Of a stretch of 64,000 bases of DNA, positions 48,339 to 58,493 are shown one piece after another (position 1 is the stretch's first letter; each line of letters starts with the position of its first letter). Position numbers and translations under genes: made by a program. The notes beneath the pieces were generated by a model that was given only the letters and a program-made list of their open reading frames with translations, had not been told where the DNA came from and made no database searches. The DNA comes from Thermodesulfobacteriota bacterium (GTDB taxonomy: Bacteria > Desulfobacterota_D > UBA1144 > Nemesobacterales > Nemesobacteraceae), in the NCBI GenBank assembly GCA_965249045.1, contig OZ252213.1, positions 201,329-265,328 of the forward strand, in the 5' to 3' direction.

Positions 48339-49778
48339 TCAAGACAGCTGCTGGAATGTTTTATTTGTTTTTTTCAGTTCGATTAAAACCACTGAAACCG
48401 TAATCAGTGTAGTGACGGCAAGTAGTATCAAATCCGTGCGTAAACCCATTATCATTTTCGGTACGAGTCCAAAAAGCGACATTAAAAACACAACTAGGCT
48501 GATAGCTGTAGCAACTGGAATTACGGCATTGAAGCTTCTTCCTTTGCATAGAATTGAGGTAAGAACCATAGGTGCCATGAGAGCAGTCCCCATGAATCCC
48601 GATATAGCAAGAGATATAAGTCCCTGAGAACTCTTCATAGCAACAACGAAAGAGGCTATGCAAAATACCAGTATAACTATTTTCACAAAAACAATAGGAG
48701 ATATTTTAAGCTTCCTGCTAAACCTGCCAAGAGCATTGTTAATTTCAGAGCCAAGAGCAAAAAACTGAGAGTCAGATGTGGACATAGCTGCCGCCAGAAT
48801 GCCTATCAAGGCAATGGCACCTATAACAGGATTCTGTTCAAGTATCAGTTTACCAATGAACTCTGGACCCGTTTCAGCCGGTATTGCAACTGCACCGTAT
48901 AAACCAATTATAAGCCCTGCTATCAGAAGCAGAAAGGTGAAAGACGCATGCAAAACCGGAATTTTGCGTCTTTCGTTCAAACCCTTCAGAATGCTGAGCC
49001 TCGCAGTCAACTGAGGTTGCGACACAGGTAGTAGCACAATTGATATAAATCCCGCAATAAGCCACTGAACCGAGAACAGCCCCTTGGGACCGGGAGTAGA
49101 TAACAGTGCAGGTTTCTCCTCCGCTACGGCCTGGACTAACTTTCCAATACCTCCAAAGTTTTCCAAAACAATAAATGCCATTATCCATATAACGGTAAAC
49201 AGCACAATTCCCTGAAGTGAATCACAGTACATAATACCCCTGAGTCCTCCTATGGAAGAGTACAGATACATAAGAAACAGTATGATTACAGCCCAACTCC
49301 ACTGGGGAACTGGATAGGGAACAACGTTGACTAGAATGCCCGACGCTCCTTTTAGTTGAATTGCTATGTAGGGAACGAGGAATATGACAAGGCCCAGAAC
49401 ATACACGAAAATTCCGTAGGAACGAAAAGTTTCACGTAGCAGGCCCGACATGCTGCGAAAATCTGTTGAAGAGATCCTTTTCCTTAATTTGAGTGAGAGC
49501 CAAAGCGTGAAAACAGCTAAAGCCATATCGGTAACGCCAAGGAATATCCACGTTCCCACGCCGTGTACACGGAAGAAATTGGGCATCCCTATCAATATGA
49601 ATGTACTGTAGAGAGTAGCAAAAAAGGTTAAGAAGCCAATTATAGTTCCAAGATTGCCACCCGCAAGAAAGAATTGGTGCTCATCCCCTTTGTTTTTCCT
49701 GTTTCCTATGACAGCAAGGGTTATCAGCACTGCAAGATATACTAGTGCAACTACAACAAATGCTATTCCCCTGTTCAT
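48339..49778 (-). CDS. Sodium:solute symporter (SSS) family transporter
   Basis: ~13 TM helices with an SSS-type N-terminus FFLAGGNLG. AT-rich block. Confidence 0.7.
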   Translation of the reverse strand: MNRGIAFVVVALVYLAVLITLAVIGNRKNKGDEHQFFLAGGNLGTIIGFLTFFATLYSTFILIGMPNFFRVHGVGTWIFLGVTDMALAVFTLWLSLKLRKRISSTDFRSMSGLLRETFRSYGIFVYVLGLVIFLVPYIAIQLKGASGILVNVVPYPVPQWSWAVIILFLMYLYSSIGGLRGIMYCDSLQGIVLFTVIWIMAFIVLENFGGIGKLVQAVAEEKPALLSTPGPKGLFSVQWLIAGFISIVLLPVSQPQLTARLSILKGLNERRKIPVLHASFTFLLLIAGLIIGLYGAVAIPAETGPEFIGKLILEQNPVIGAIALIGILAAAMSTSDSQFFALGSEINNALGRFSRKLKISPIVFVKIVILVFCIASFVVAMKSSQGLISLAISGFMGTALMAPMVLTSILCKGRSFNAVIPVATAISLVVFLMSLFGLVPKMIMGLRTDLILLAVTTLITVSVVLIELKKTNKTFQQLS

Positions 49779-49806
49779 GTCTATTTCTTCCTCTTATATA
49801 AGTAGA

Positions 49807-50088
49807 CTATCTTTGGTTACCAGATGTCAGCATTGCCAAAACAAGCAGCACATATATGGAGAGTGATATTCCCAACCCAGCCCAGAGAGTCCTGGGAAGT
49901 CCTAGAAAATATGGCTCCGTCACTCCATAAGGGATTACCAGAGGAGTGAAAGACACCGCTGCCAGAATAGATACCGCCACCGCAAAGAATATCCATCGAC
50001 TCTTATTATTCATGTCTAAAACACAACTGCCTATTAACGTTAGAATTTCTGAAGAAACCAACTTACTAAATCTACAAGAAAGTGTCAA
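49807..50088 (-). CDS. Small two-TM membrane protein typically encoded upstream of SSS transporters (DUF4212-like)
   Basis: 93 aa with two hydrophobic helices, located immediately 5' of the SSS gene. Confidence 0.45.
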   Translation of the reverse strand: MTLSCRFSKLVSSEILTLIGSCVLDMNNKSRWIFFAVAVSILAAVSFTPLVIPYGVTEPYFLGLPRTLWAGLGISLSIYVLLVLAMLTSGNQR

Positions 50089-50346
50089 ATAGATTAAAAC
50101 TAACTATAAATTTCTTTATAATTATAGACAAGTTAAATATGCCGATAACCCTTTCATATGTAAGTACCGTTTTCCTAATATTGATGTAACTGAAAAAATG
50201 GTTTTGCCATTTGATTTCTTCCGTTATACCCGCGACAGGCAGGGTTAAAAACAATCGAGGCCGACGCTGCTGGAATTTTCTTTCAGAAAAGCTCATCTCA
50301 CCTTTCTTGATACTTATATTCCCATGCGTTAGGATTTCCCTTAACC

Positions 50347-51657
50347 ATGAAGACCAATACCCTTTACCTTGAAACCTACGGCTGCCAGATGAATGAGTAC
50401 GACTCGGACAGGATACAGAACGCCCTCGGCGCCAGTATCACCAGCAACCCCAAGGAAGCCGACATAGTCATCGTAAACACCTGTGCCATAAGGGAAAAGG
50501 CCGACCAGAAGGCGCTCAGCAGCCTGGGACGGTTCAAGCACCTGAAGGCGAAAAACCCGGAGCTCATAGTCGGGGTGTCGGGATGCGTGGCGCAGCTCTA
50601 CGGGGAGGAACTCATCCGCAGGATGCCCCATCTTGATTTCGTGCTCGGGCCCCGCGCGATCCCGGGACTCCCGCGGCTCATAGAAGAGATAAGGGAGAAA
50701 AAATCAAGGCCCGTCGAAACGTCCTTCGATGTGGAAGAGCCCTTTGACATCCTTCCCTACCACCAGGAGGGAAAGCCCACCGCGTTTCTGTCCATACAGC
50801 AGGGATGCAACAAAAAATGCGCTTACTGCATAGTGCCCACGGTAAGGGGCTCTGAGGTGAACAGGCCGGTTGAGGACATAACCGCCGAAGCGCGTTACCT
50901 TATCGCAAAAGGAGTAAAAGAGATAACGCTCATAGGGCAGACGGTTAATTCCTGGAAACTGGGCCGGCTTAAGTTCGGGGACCTGCTTCGGGCCCTGGGG
51001 GAACTTGACGGTCTCCAGAGAATAAGGTTCACGACCTCTTATCCAAGAGACATAACGAAAAAGATGGTGGAAGCAATGGCCGAGGTGCCCAAGGTATGCC
51101 GTCACATCCACCTGCCCGTGCAGTCGGGTTCCGACAAGGTGCTGAGACTCATGAACAGGACCTACACCAGAAGCTGGTACACAGATTCGGTTAATAGGCT
51201 CCGCGACGCCATGCCGGACATAGCCGTATCTTCTGATATAATAGTAGGGTTCCCGGGGGAAACGGAAGACGACTTCGAGCAGACGATGAGCCTTATCGGG
51301 GAAGTGGGGTTTAACAGTTCCTTCTCGTTTAAGTACTCGCCGCGCCCCGGAACAGTTGGTGAGGAGCTTTGGAGATCAGACGAAAGGGTAGAAGACCAGA
51401 CGGCAGGCGAGAGGCTCGCGCGTCTTCAGGAATACCAGCGGGAAATTACTCTTTCCAAAAACATGGAGAGAGTCGGGAAATCAGAACGGGTACTGGTTGA
51501 GGACGTGAGCAGAAACGACTCCTCGTGGCTTTCGGGCAGAACGGAGCATAACAGGATAGTCAATTTCCCAGGAGAAAAAAAACTTATCGGAGAAATGGTG
51601 GACGTAGAGGTAACCGAAGGACTTGCGAATTCGCTTAGAGGACAATATTTGAATTAA
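50347..51657 (+). CDS. miaB: tRNA-i6A37 methylthiotransferase MiaB (radical SAM)
   Basis: N-terminal MTTase domain (YLETYGCQMNEYDS), radical-SAM CNKKCAYC, and a TRAM domain. Confidence 0.9.
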   Translation: MKTNTLYLETYGCQMNEYDSDRIQNALGASITSNPKEADIVIVNTCAIREKADQKALSSLGRFKHLKAKNPELIVGVSGCVAQLYGEELIRRMPHLDFVLGPRAIPGLPRLIEEIREKKSRPVETSFDVEEPFDILPYHQEGKPTAFLSIQQGCNKKCAYCIVPTVRGSEVNRPVEDITAEARYLIAKGVKEITLIGQTVNSWKLGRLKFGDLLRALGELDGLQRIRFTTSYPRDITKKMVEAMAEVPKVCRHIHLPVQSGSDKVLRLMNRTYTRSWYTDSVNRLRDAMPDIAVSSDIIVGFPGETEDDFEQTMSLIGEVGFNSSFSFKYSPRPGTVGEELWRSDERVEDQTAGERLARLQEYQREITLSKNMERVGKSERVLVEDVSRNDSSWLSGRTEHNRIVNFPGEKKLIGEMVDVEVTEGLANSLRGQYLN

Positions 51658-51677
51658 GCAGAAAGGGAGGACAGACA

Positions 51678-52154
51678 ATGTTTCTTGAGATGAAGGTTTC
51701 CTGTATAGTTGCCGACCCGTTTACCGACATGCCTGTCGTTATTCTAAACGACGAGGACGGAGAAAAAAGTCTTCCGCTTTGGATAGGATTTGAGGAGGCA
51801 AGCGCAATAGCCATGGAGATCAAAAAAGCTCCGAGACCGAGACCTCTTACCCACGATCTTCTTAAAAACGTAATCGCCGCCACGGGCTATGAGGTCTGTG
51901 AAATAGAGATCACGGAGCTTCGGGAAAACACCTTTTACGCGCGTCTTCGCATCAAAAAAGACGGAGAGGAGCTCCTGGTGGATTCCCGCCCGAGCGACGC
52001 CATAGCCATAGCGCTTAGGACCGGGTGCCGCATCATGGTTGACGAAGAGGTTATAAAAGCCTCCCTGAGCGTAAAAGTCGGGGATAAAGACCAAAGCGCG
52101 GGCGATATACTCGAAGACATACCGGCTGAGGATTTCGGCAAGTACAAGATGTGA
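51678..52154 (+). CDS. Bifunctional nuclease family protein (DUF151)
   Basis: PVVILNDEDGEKSLPLWIGFEEASAIAM matches the DUF151 consensus. Confidence 0.7.
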   Translation: MFLEMKVSCIVADPFTDMPVVILNDEDGEKSLPLWIGFEEASAIAMEIKKAPRPRPLTHDLLKNVIAATGYEVCEIEITELRENTFYARLRIKKDGEELLVDSRPSDAIAIALRTGCRIMVDEEVIKASLSVKVGDKDQSAGDILEDIPAEDFGKYKM

Positions 52155-52385
52155 TCAGCGGTTGCGGAGCATATATTCCTCAAGGAATTTCCTGTCTCCC
52201 TCAATCACGTCGAAAACCTCCCCGCAACGGTCACACTCTATGCTGATCCGCTTCGGCGGGTAGCTAATTCCGCAGCTCATCACGAACCAGCCGAAAAGAG
52301 AGTACCTCTGTTTCGGAACCACCCACGGGTCCTGGACGGAGTACCCACAGGCACAGACCATAGTTTCCCGTGCAGGAAGGCTCAT
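52155..52385 (-). CDS. Small zinc-ribbon protein (CxC...CxxC)
   Basis: 76 aa carrying CAC...CDRC cysteine pairs. The call is weak. Confidence 0.3.
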   Translation of the reverse strand: MSLPARETMVCACGYSVQDPWVVPKQRYSLFGWFVMSCGISYPPKRISIECDRCGEVFDVIEGDRKFLEEYMLRNR

Positions 52386-52421
52386 ACATAAACCATGCGG
52401 GCGCAGATCTCCGCTCCCACT

Positions 52422-53747
52422 CTAGATGCCGTAATAACCCGACTCTCCGTGATCCGTTATATCAAGACCTTCTGTCTCTTCCTCCTCGTTGACCCTGAGC
52501 CCGACGAGGGATGCAACGACCTTGAGCACTATAAAGGTTACGATAGCGGTATAGACGACGACGAATATCCCCCCGTACACCTGCACGCCTAGCTGCGCGG
52601 GTATGTCGAGGTCCACGATCGACCCGCCGTAAGACGTCGACGCGAAAATCCCGACCAGTATGATTCCGACCATACCTCCGACTCCGTGGACTCCCACGAC
52701 GTCAAGCGCGTCGTCATAACTGAAACGGGACTTGATATAGGTGGCTGCTATGTAGGCAAGCACGGAAGCTACGGCTCCTATGACTATTGCTCCGAGAGGT
52801 CCCACGGTGCCCGAGGCGGGCGTTATCGCTGCAAGACCCGTGATAGCTCCTGTCGCGAAGCCGAGTGCGCTTGGCTTGCCCGACCTTACGTTTTCCAGGA
52901 ATATCCAGGTAAGAGCGGCGACGCACGGAGAGATCTGGGTCACGACGACCGCCATGGCCGCCTGTCCCCCCGCCGCAAGGGCGCTCCCTCCATTGAACCC
53001 GAACCATCCGACCCAGAGCATTGCGGTGCCTATCATGGTAAGAGTAAGGTTGTGCGGAAGCGAAAGCTGATTGGGATAACCCTTTCTCTTGCCGACCAGT
53101 ATCGCCGCCACCAGAGCAGCGGTACCCGCCGTGATATGGACAACTGTCCCGCCTGCAAAATCGATTACTCCCATATCTCCGAGATAGGAGCCCTCTCCTC
53201 CCCAGACCATGTGTGCGATCGGGAAGTAGCAGAATATCACCCACAGGGCACTAAACAGAAGCATAGCCGAGAACTTCATTCTCTCCGCGAACGCCCCGAT
53301 TATAAGCCCCGGAGTGATGATCGCGAAGGTAAGCTGAAATGCAAAGAACAGAACTTCGGGAATCGTTCCCGAAAGAGTATCAACGCCAACTCCGTTTAGA
53401 AACGCTTTTGAGAAACCTCCCACAAAGGCGTTCACTCCAACCTCTCCCGCTACCATGCCCGTGGTGTCAAAAGCCATGCTGTAACCGAAAATCGTCCATA
53501 TGACCGTTACGACAGCGGTAATCGAGAAGCACTGCATAAGCACCGAAAGAACGTTCTTCTTGCCGACAAGCCCCCCGTAGAAAAGCGCAAGCCCGGGAAT
53601 CATCATGAAAAGAACAAGTCCGGTTGAAATCAGTATCCAGGCGGTATCGCCCGTATCAAGCTCACTTGCCGAAGCTGGATCTGTGAAAGAAAAAAAAGCA
53701 AAGACAAAAAAGAAAACCAAAAGTGAAACCGTTTTTTTGAAACCCAT
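52422..53747 (-). CDS. amt: Ammonium transporter (Amt family) with signal peptide
   Basis: Motifs DTAWILISTGLVLFMMIPGLALFYGG and DFAGGTVVHI across 11 TM helices. Confidence 0.9.
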   Translation of the reverse strand: MGFKKTVSLLVFFFVFAFFSFTDPASASELDTGDTAWILISTGLVLFMMIPGLALFYGGLVGKKNVLSVLMQCFSITAVVTVIWTIFGYSMAFDTTGMVAGEVGVNAFVGGFSKAFLNGVGVDTLSGTIPEVLFFAFQLTFAIITPGLIIGAFAERMKFSAMLLFSALWVIFCYFPIAHMVWGGEGSYLGDMGVIDFAGGTVVHITAGTAALVAAILVGKRKGYPNQLSLPHNLTLTMIGTAMLWVGWFGFNGGSALAAGGQAAMAVVVTQISPCVAALTWIFLENVRSGKPSALGFATGAITGLAAITPASGTVGPLGAIVIGAVASVLAYIAATYIKSRFSYDDALDVVGVHGVGGMVGIILVGIFASTSYGGSIVDLDIPAQLGVQVYGGIFVVVYTAIVTFIVLKVVASLVGLRVNEEEETEGLDITDHGESGYYGI

Positions 53748-53818
53748 TGCACACTCTCCTCCTCTTATTCCGTGTTCCCGGTAAGTATATCACATAATGG
53801 AGCCACAAAAATGAAGCT

Positions 53819-54601
53819 TCAGAAAGCCTCATCCAGTCTGCGAAGCTGCTCCGGTGAAAGTCTCCACCCCGAAGCCCCGCAGTTCTCAACAGTTTTTGCG
53901 ACCGAATCCGCCTTCGGGATAGCGATGACGTTCTCCTGGCAAACGCACCAGTTAAGGGCGACCTGCACTTCCGTTTTGCCCGTCTCATCCGCTATCTGGG
54001 ATAAAATCCCGCCGCGGCGGGATCGGCAGAGCCTTCCGGCATCAAGCGGAGTGTAGGCCATCACGGTGATGCCGTTATCGCAGCAGTAGGGAAGCAGCTC
54101 TTTTTCTATGTCTCTTGATCTGAGGTTGTAGAGCACCTGGTTTGAGACTATGGGATAGTTAGGGAAATAGTGCTGTGCCTCGCGCATCTGCCTTACGGAA
54201 AAATTGCTCACCCCCACGTAACTCACGCACCCGCGGTCAACCAGCTTCTCAAGCGCGCTCATCGTCTCGTCTATAGGATAAACGGGGTTCGGCCAGTGTA
54301 TCTGGTAAAGATCTATGCAGTCCGTGCGAAGCTTCTCGAGGCTTGCCTCACAGGACCTTAGCACGTTGTCGTGAGCGAGGTTCCTTCCCGAAACCTTGGT
54401 AGCTATGATGACCTCATCCCGAAAAGGCAGGACGGCCTCGCCGACTATGTCCTCGGTATAGTATCCTTCCGCGGTGTCTATGAGCGAGGCCCCAAGCTCT
54501 ATTCCGGCCCTCAGGGGTTCGACTCCTCCCTTGTAGTTCCACGTGCCGAGCCCGATCTCGGGAACGAAAACTTCCGTGTTTCCAAGCCTCTTAAGGTTCA
54601 T
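53819..54601 (-). CDS. Aldo/keto reductase
   Basis: N-terminal LGLGTW and IDTAEGY motifs in a TIM-barrel AKR fold. Confidence 0.8.
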   Translation of the reverse strand: MNLKRLGNTEVFVPEIGLGTWNYKGGVEPLRAGIELGASLIDTAEGYYTEDIVGEAVLPFRDEVIIATKVSGRNLAHDNVLRSCEASLEKLRTDCIDLYQIHWPNPVYPIDETMSALEKLVDRGCVSYVGVSNFSVRQMREAQHYFPNYPIVSNQVLYNLRSRDIEKELLPYCCDNGITVMAYTPLDAGRLCRSRRGGILSQIADETGKTEVQVALNWCVCQENVIAIPKADSVAKTVENCGASGWRLSPEQLRRLDEAF

Positions 54602-54639
54602 CTCGCGAAGTCCTTACGCTTTCCTGGAGCGCCGCCAAG

Positions 54640-55263
54640 TCACTCGTCCGAGTGGATGAGTTTGTAAATTGCCGCCGCTAAAAAACCCCCGATAGAATTC
54701 GCGCACAGGTAAATCCATATGGAGGAGGGCGCTGAGACTCCCATTACGATTATCCCAACCGCTACCGCGGGATTGAAAACGCCTCCCGAGACTCCCCCGA
54801 CAGCGTACGTCCCTGCCATGACCGTAAACCCTATGGCTATACCGTAATAGGAATTGCCCTCAGTCGCTTTCGAGGTCGCGACTTCGAGTATCACGAGGCA
54901 GAGCGCGAAGGTGAAAAGGATTTCCGCGATGAGAGCCGGGAGGACGGATATCTCCATGGGCGGGGTCTCGGGGATTCCCTTTACGAGCAGCACGGCCAGG
55001 GCGGCCACAACACCCGCGATCACCTGAGTGACCATGTAGGGAAAAACGTCCCTCGAATCCATCTTTCCCCTGAACCAAACCGCGAACGTGACGGCGGGGT
55101 TATAGTGCGCTCCCGAGATGTGGCCCCCGGCATAGACCATCGCGGTTAGCACGGCTCCTATGGCCAGAGGCGCGAAAAGCTCGGCACCGGGGGTGGCCAC
55201 GACATTTCCTATCGTGAAGACAAGAAAAAAAGTGCCTATGAATTCGACAAAATATTTTTTTAT
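54640..55263 (-). CDS. Aquaporin/MIP-family channel; both NPA motifs present; true start probably upstream of the GTG at 55200 (candidate ATA at 55263 preceded by GGAGG)
   Basis: SGAHYNPAVTFA and SGGVFNPAVAVG are the two NPA motifs. The frame stays open upstream of 55200 and encodes the conserved TM1 KKYFVEFIGTFFLVF. Confidence 0.65.
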   Translation of the reverse strand: MKKYFVEFIGTFFLVFTIGNVVATPGAELFAPLAIGAVLTAMVYAGGHISGAHYNPAVTFAVWFRGKMDSRDVFPYMVTQVIAGVVAALAVLLVKGIPETPPMEISVLPALIAEILFTFALCLVILEVATSKATEGNSYYGIAIGFTVMAGTYAVGGVSGGVFNPAVAVGIIVMGVSAPSSIWIYLCANSIGGFLAAAIYKLIHSDE

Positions 55264-55320
55264 TGAAAATCCTCCGTCAATACGCTTTTTTGTCCGCCGC
55301 GCGAAAGCTTCGCCGATGTG

Positions 55321-55926
55321 TTACCGCGGAATTGTTTTTCCGTAACCGTTTAGATGAAAGACCTCGTCGGGACTTTTCCTCGATTTCCCGGAAGCGACCC
55401 GCCCCTTGTCGAAGTAACCGAACGGAAGCACCGTAAGAATATCAAACTCCTGCGGCACCCCGAGATACTTTTTAAGCTCCTCCTTCTCTATCCTTCCTAT
55501 CCAGCAGGATCCGAGTCCGTGGCTCCATGCCGTCAGAACCATGTTCTGCGCCGCTCTAGTGCCGTCGATCTGGTGCCATTTGCTTTTGGGATCCACCAGA
55601 AGCACCACAGCGAAAGCCACCTGCACTATGAAGCTGCCGCTGGTGCAGTACTTCCCCATTTCCCGGAGCATCGCGCGATCCTTTATGAGCACAAATTCCC
55701 ATGGCTGGCTGTTGTGCGCGCTCGGCGAGAACCTGCCCGATTCCATGACTTCCATAATGATTTCGTCCGGTACTTCCCTGTCTATGTAGCTTCTTACGGA
55801 GCTAAGGGATCTTACGCACTCGTAAACGTTCATAACGGCCTCCAGCCTGGAAATTGATTGGAAGTTAGTATACCGGCTTTGACCACGCGGAAGAACAGGC
55901 AAGCAGCTGAAAAACCCCTTACACAC
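55321..55926 (-). CDS. Nitroreductase-family protein (probable start at internal Met, ~55833)
   Basis: RRSVRSY-like SSVRSYIDREVPDEII with PSAHNSQPWEFVLI. Confidence 0.75.
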   Translation of the reverse strand: MCKGFFSCLPVLPRGQSRYTNFQSISRLEAVMNVYECVRSLSSVRSYIDREVPDEIIMEVMESGRFSPSAHNSQPWEFVLIKDRAMLREMGKYCTSGSFIVQVAFAVVLLVDPKSKWHQIDGTRAAQNMVLTAWSHGLGSCWIGRIEKEELKKYLGVPQEFDILTVLPFGYFDKGRVASGKSRKSPDEVFHLNGYGKTIPR

Positions 55927-55932
55927 CCGCCT

Positions 55933-56586
55933 CTACGTCCAGACAAGCTTGGATTTTCCTCTGGTCAAAGAGGCGACCCTCTCTTCAAGACTCCCGGCGA
56001 CGTTAACCGGCGCCGCGAAGTCGAAGCGGACATCCTCCCCGCGCCTGACGCCCGTTATGGTAACTCCCGATCTTTCAAACAGAACCCGTATGGAATTTTC
56101 ATGAGCGTAGGAAAAAACCAGGTATCCAGTCCGCACCGGGACATGCTTTTTAACCGCAAGTTCCCCGAGAGCCGCCCGCAGGGAATCCGTGTACGCTCTT
56201 AGAAGCCCGCCCGGGCCAAGCTTTATTCCCCCGAAATACCGGCTTACGACAGCCACTATTTCCCCTATGCCGCTGTGTTCCAAAAGAGTCAGCATGGGAC
56301 GCCCGGCGGTTCCCGACACTTCTCCGTCATCCCCGAAACCGATATCCGTCCCGCCCGGAGCACAGGCCAGAAACGCGTAGCAGTTATGGCTCGCCGCGGG
56401 GTGAAGAACTCTTACGCTCTCTATGAAGTCTTCGGCGTCCTGTCTTGCTCCCGCTCTGCCCACGGCAGCTACAAACCTGCTTTTCTTTATAACCAGCCGC
56501 GCGGTCGAAACTCCCGCGGGAACCTGGTAGGAAAGATCTTCCACGCTCTGTCCCTCCGCACAAAAAAATACCCTATTCCCTGCCAC
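55933..56586 (-). CDS. YigZ/IMPACT-family protein (UPF0029)
   Basis: N-terminal IKKSRFVA with HNCYAF and GGIKLG motifs. Confidence 0.7.
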   Translation of the reverse strand: MAGNRVFFCAEGQSVEDLSYQVPAGVSTARLVIKKSRFVAAVGRAGARQDAEDFIESVRVLHPAASHNCYAFLACAPGGTDIGFGDDGEVSGTAGRPMLTLLEHSGIGEIVAVVSRYFGGIKLGPGGLLRAYTDSLRAALGELAVKKHVPVRTGYLVFSYAHENSIRVLFERSGVTITGVRRGEDVRFDFAAPVNVAGSLEERVASLTRGKSKLVWT

Positions 56587-56768
56587 GCGGGCAAAAACCG
56601 CCCCCGAGGGCCGCGGATTACCCTCCCCCGGTTTTTCACTGTATAATGATTCGCGGCGGGTTCTGGCGCGCGTCGCCCAGATATTAAAATTCGCTTTTTA
56701 TCCGACAGGACAGAGGCCGGGCAGCCACCGGGTTTTTCGGTCCGGCAAAAATATTTACACGTATACCG

Positions 56769-58484
56769 TTGCTAAAAAAAACAAGCATCCCCTCCCTCAT
56801 CTTGCGCTACAGATACTCATTTCTAACGGGTGTCGCGTCCCTTACATTGGTGGATATGGCCCAGCTCTCAGTCCCGATAGTAATCAAGTGGATAATAGAC
56901 GAGCTTACTTTGCGGACCGTGAATTTTTCTCTCATAACCAGGTACTCGCTCTACATACTCGGCCTCGGGCTGCTCATGGCGTTTTTCCGCCTCGGCTGGC
57001 GATACTTCATAATGGGCGGGGCGAGGAAAATAGAGAATTCACTCAGAAACGATTTCTTCGAACACCTGCAGAAGCTTAACTTCGATTTTTTTTCGGGAAG
57101 AAAAGTGGGCGACCTGATGGCGCACACGGTAAACGACATAGAGACTCTCAAGTTCTCATGCGGCCTCGGGCTGCTAATAGCGTATGACGGGATCTTTCTG
57201 TTTTTCTTTATCTTCGCCGCGATGTTCTATATTTCTCCGCAGCTCGCTTTCTATGCGTTTTTGCCGTTTCCCCTGCTCGCCGTTTTCGTATACACGTTCG
57301 GAAACATGATAGAGAGAAGGTTCCAGCGCTCCCAGGATTCCTTTTCCGAACTCACCGAGAGCGCAAGGCAGGCAGTCTCGGGAATCAAGGTCGTAAAGGC
57401 CTTCGGACTTGAGCGGGTCGAGGAGCGGGACTTTGACCGCGCAAGCGCGGATTATCTTGAAAAAAACGTTCACCTCGTGAAAATCTGGGGAGTTTTTCAG
57501 CCGTTTATATATTTCGTGCCATCAGTCGCGATGGCCCTGTTTCTTTTCTTCGGCGGAGCCGGCGCGATCGGCGCTGAAATAACCCTCGGGGAATTCTCCG
57601 CCATACTCGTCTACCTTATAATGCTCGCCTGGCCCATGATGGCCATGGGATGGGCGATTGATCTGCTGAAAAGGGGAAACGCGTCTATAAACCGGCTGAA
57701 TAAGATCTTCGCGATTGAGACAAAAGAGACTGCCCGGGCGGAAGAGAAGGATTACGAACTCAGGGGAGATATAAGATTCTCCGGAGTTTCCTTTTCCTAC
57801 GGCACGTCCCCTGCTCTGAGTGGCGTTAACCTCCACATCCCGCATGGGACAACTCTGGGAATAACGGGTCTTGTGGGCTCTGGGAAAACCACCCTGATGA
57901 AACTGCTCATGAAAATACACGAGCCCGGGACGGGAGGAATAACGGTCGACGGGATCGACATAAACAAGATATCGAGAAAAAGCCTCCAGGAAACCATAGT
58001 GTACGTGCCGCAGGAAATAACCGTGTTCAGCGGAACCGTCTCTGACAACATCACCTTCATAAACCCGGACATAACCCGCGAGCAGGTAGAGTGGGCGGCC
58101 AAAACGGCGGGGATTTACGAACAGATAATGGAGTTTCGGGAAGGATTCGAGACCGTGGTGGGAGAAAGGGGACTGAGCCTCTCGGGAGGGCAGAGACAGC
58201 GCCTGGCGATAGCAAGGGCGCTTGTTCTTAAACCCGAGGTTCTGATACTTGACGACGTGCTCTCGTCCCTTGATCCGCAGACCGAAAGCACAGTGATAGC
58301 AAACGTGATCAAGGCGATGCGGGGCAAGACGGTGGTAATAATCTCAAACAAGATATCTTCTGTGAACGGGCTCTCACAGATCGCGGTCATGAAAGACGGG
58401 CAGATAATCGAGAGCGGGGGGCGCGGGGAACTTATGGAGAAACGGGGAGTCTATCACGCGCTTTATAAACTGCAGTCGGCTTAG
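56769..58484 (+). CDS. ABC exporter, fused permease/ATPase (MsbA-like), subunit 1
   Basis: Six TM helices. Walker A GLVGSGKTTL, signature LSGGQRQR, Walker B ILILDD. Confidence 0.85.
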   Translation: MLKKTSIPSLILRYRYSFLTGVASLTLVDMAQLSVPIVIKWIIDELTLRTVNFSLITRYSLYILGLGLLMAFFRLGWRYFIMGGARKIENSLRNDFFEHLQKLNFDFFSGRKVGDLMAHTVNDIETLKFSCGLGLLIAYDGIFLFFFIFAAMFYISPQLAFYAFLPFPLLAVFVYTFGNMIERRFQRSQDSFSELTESARQAVSGIKVVKAFGLERVEERDFDRASADYLEKNVHLVKIWGVFQPFIYFVPSVAMALFLFFGGAGAIGAEITLGEFSAILVYLIMLAWPMMAMGWAIDLLKRGNASINRLNKIFAIETKETARAEEKDYELRGDIRFSGVSFSYGTSPALSGVNLHIPHGTTLGITGLVGSGKTTLMKLLMKIHEPGTGGITVDGIDINKISRKSLQETIVYVPQEITVFSGTVSDNITFINPDITREQVEWAAKTAGIYEQIMEFREGFETVVGERGLSLSGGQRQRLAIARALVLKPEVLILDDVLSSLDPQTESTVIANVIKAMRGKTVVIISNKISSVNGLSQIAVMKDGQIIESGGRGELMEKRGVYHALYKLQSA

Positions 58485-58493
58485 GGTTAAAAA

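Noticed and set aside
52686-53399. 237-aa plus-strand ORF and 176-aa minus-frame ORF inside the amt gene
   Set aside because: Arg/His/Cys-rich translations, antisense or out of frame to an unmistakable ammonium transporter.
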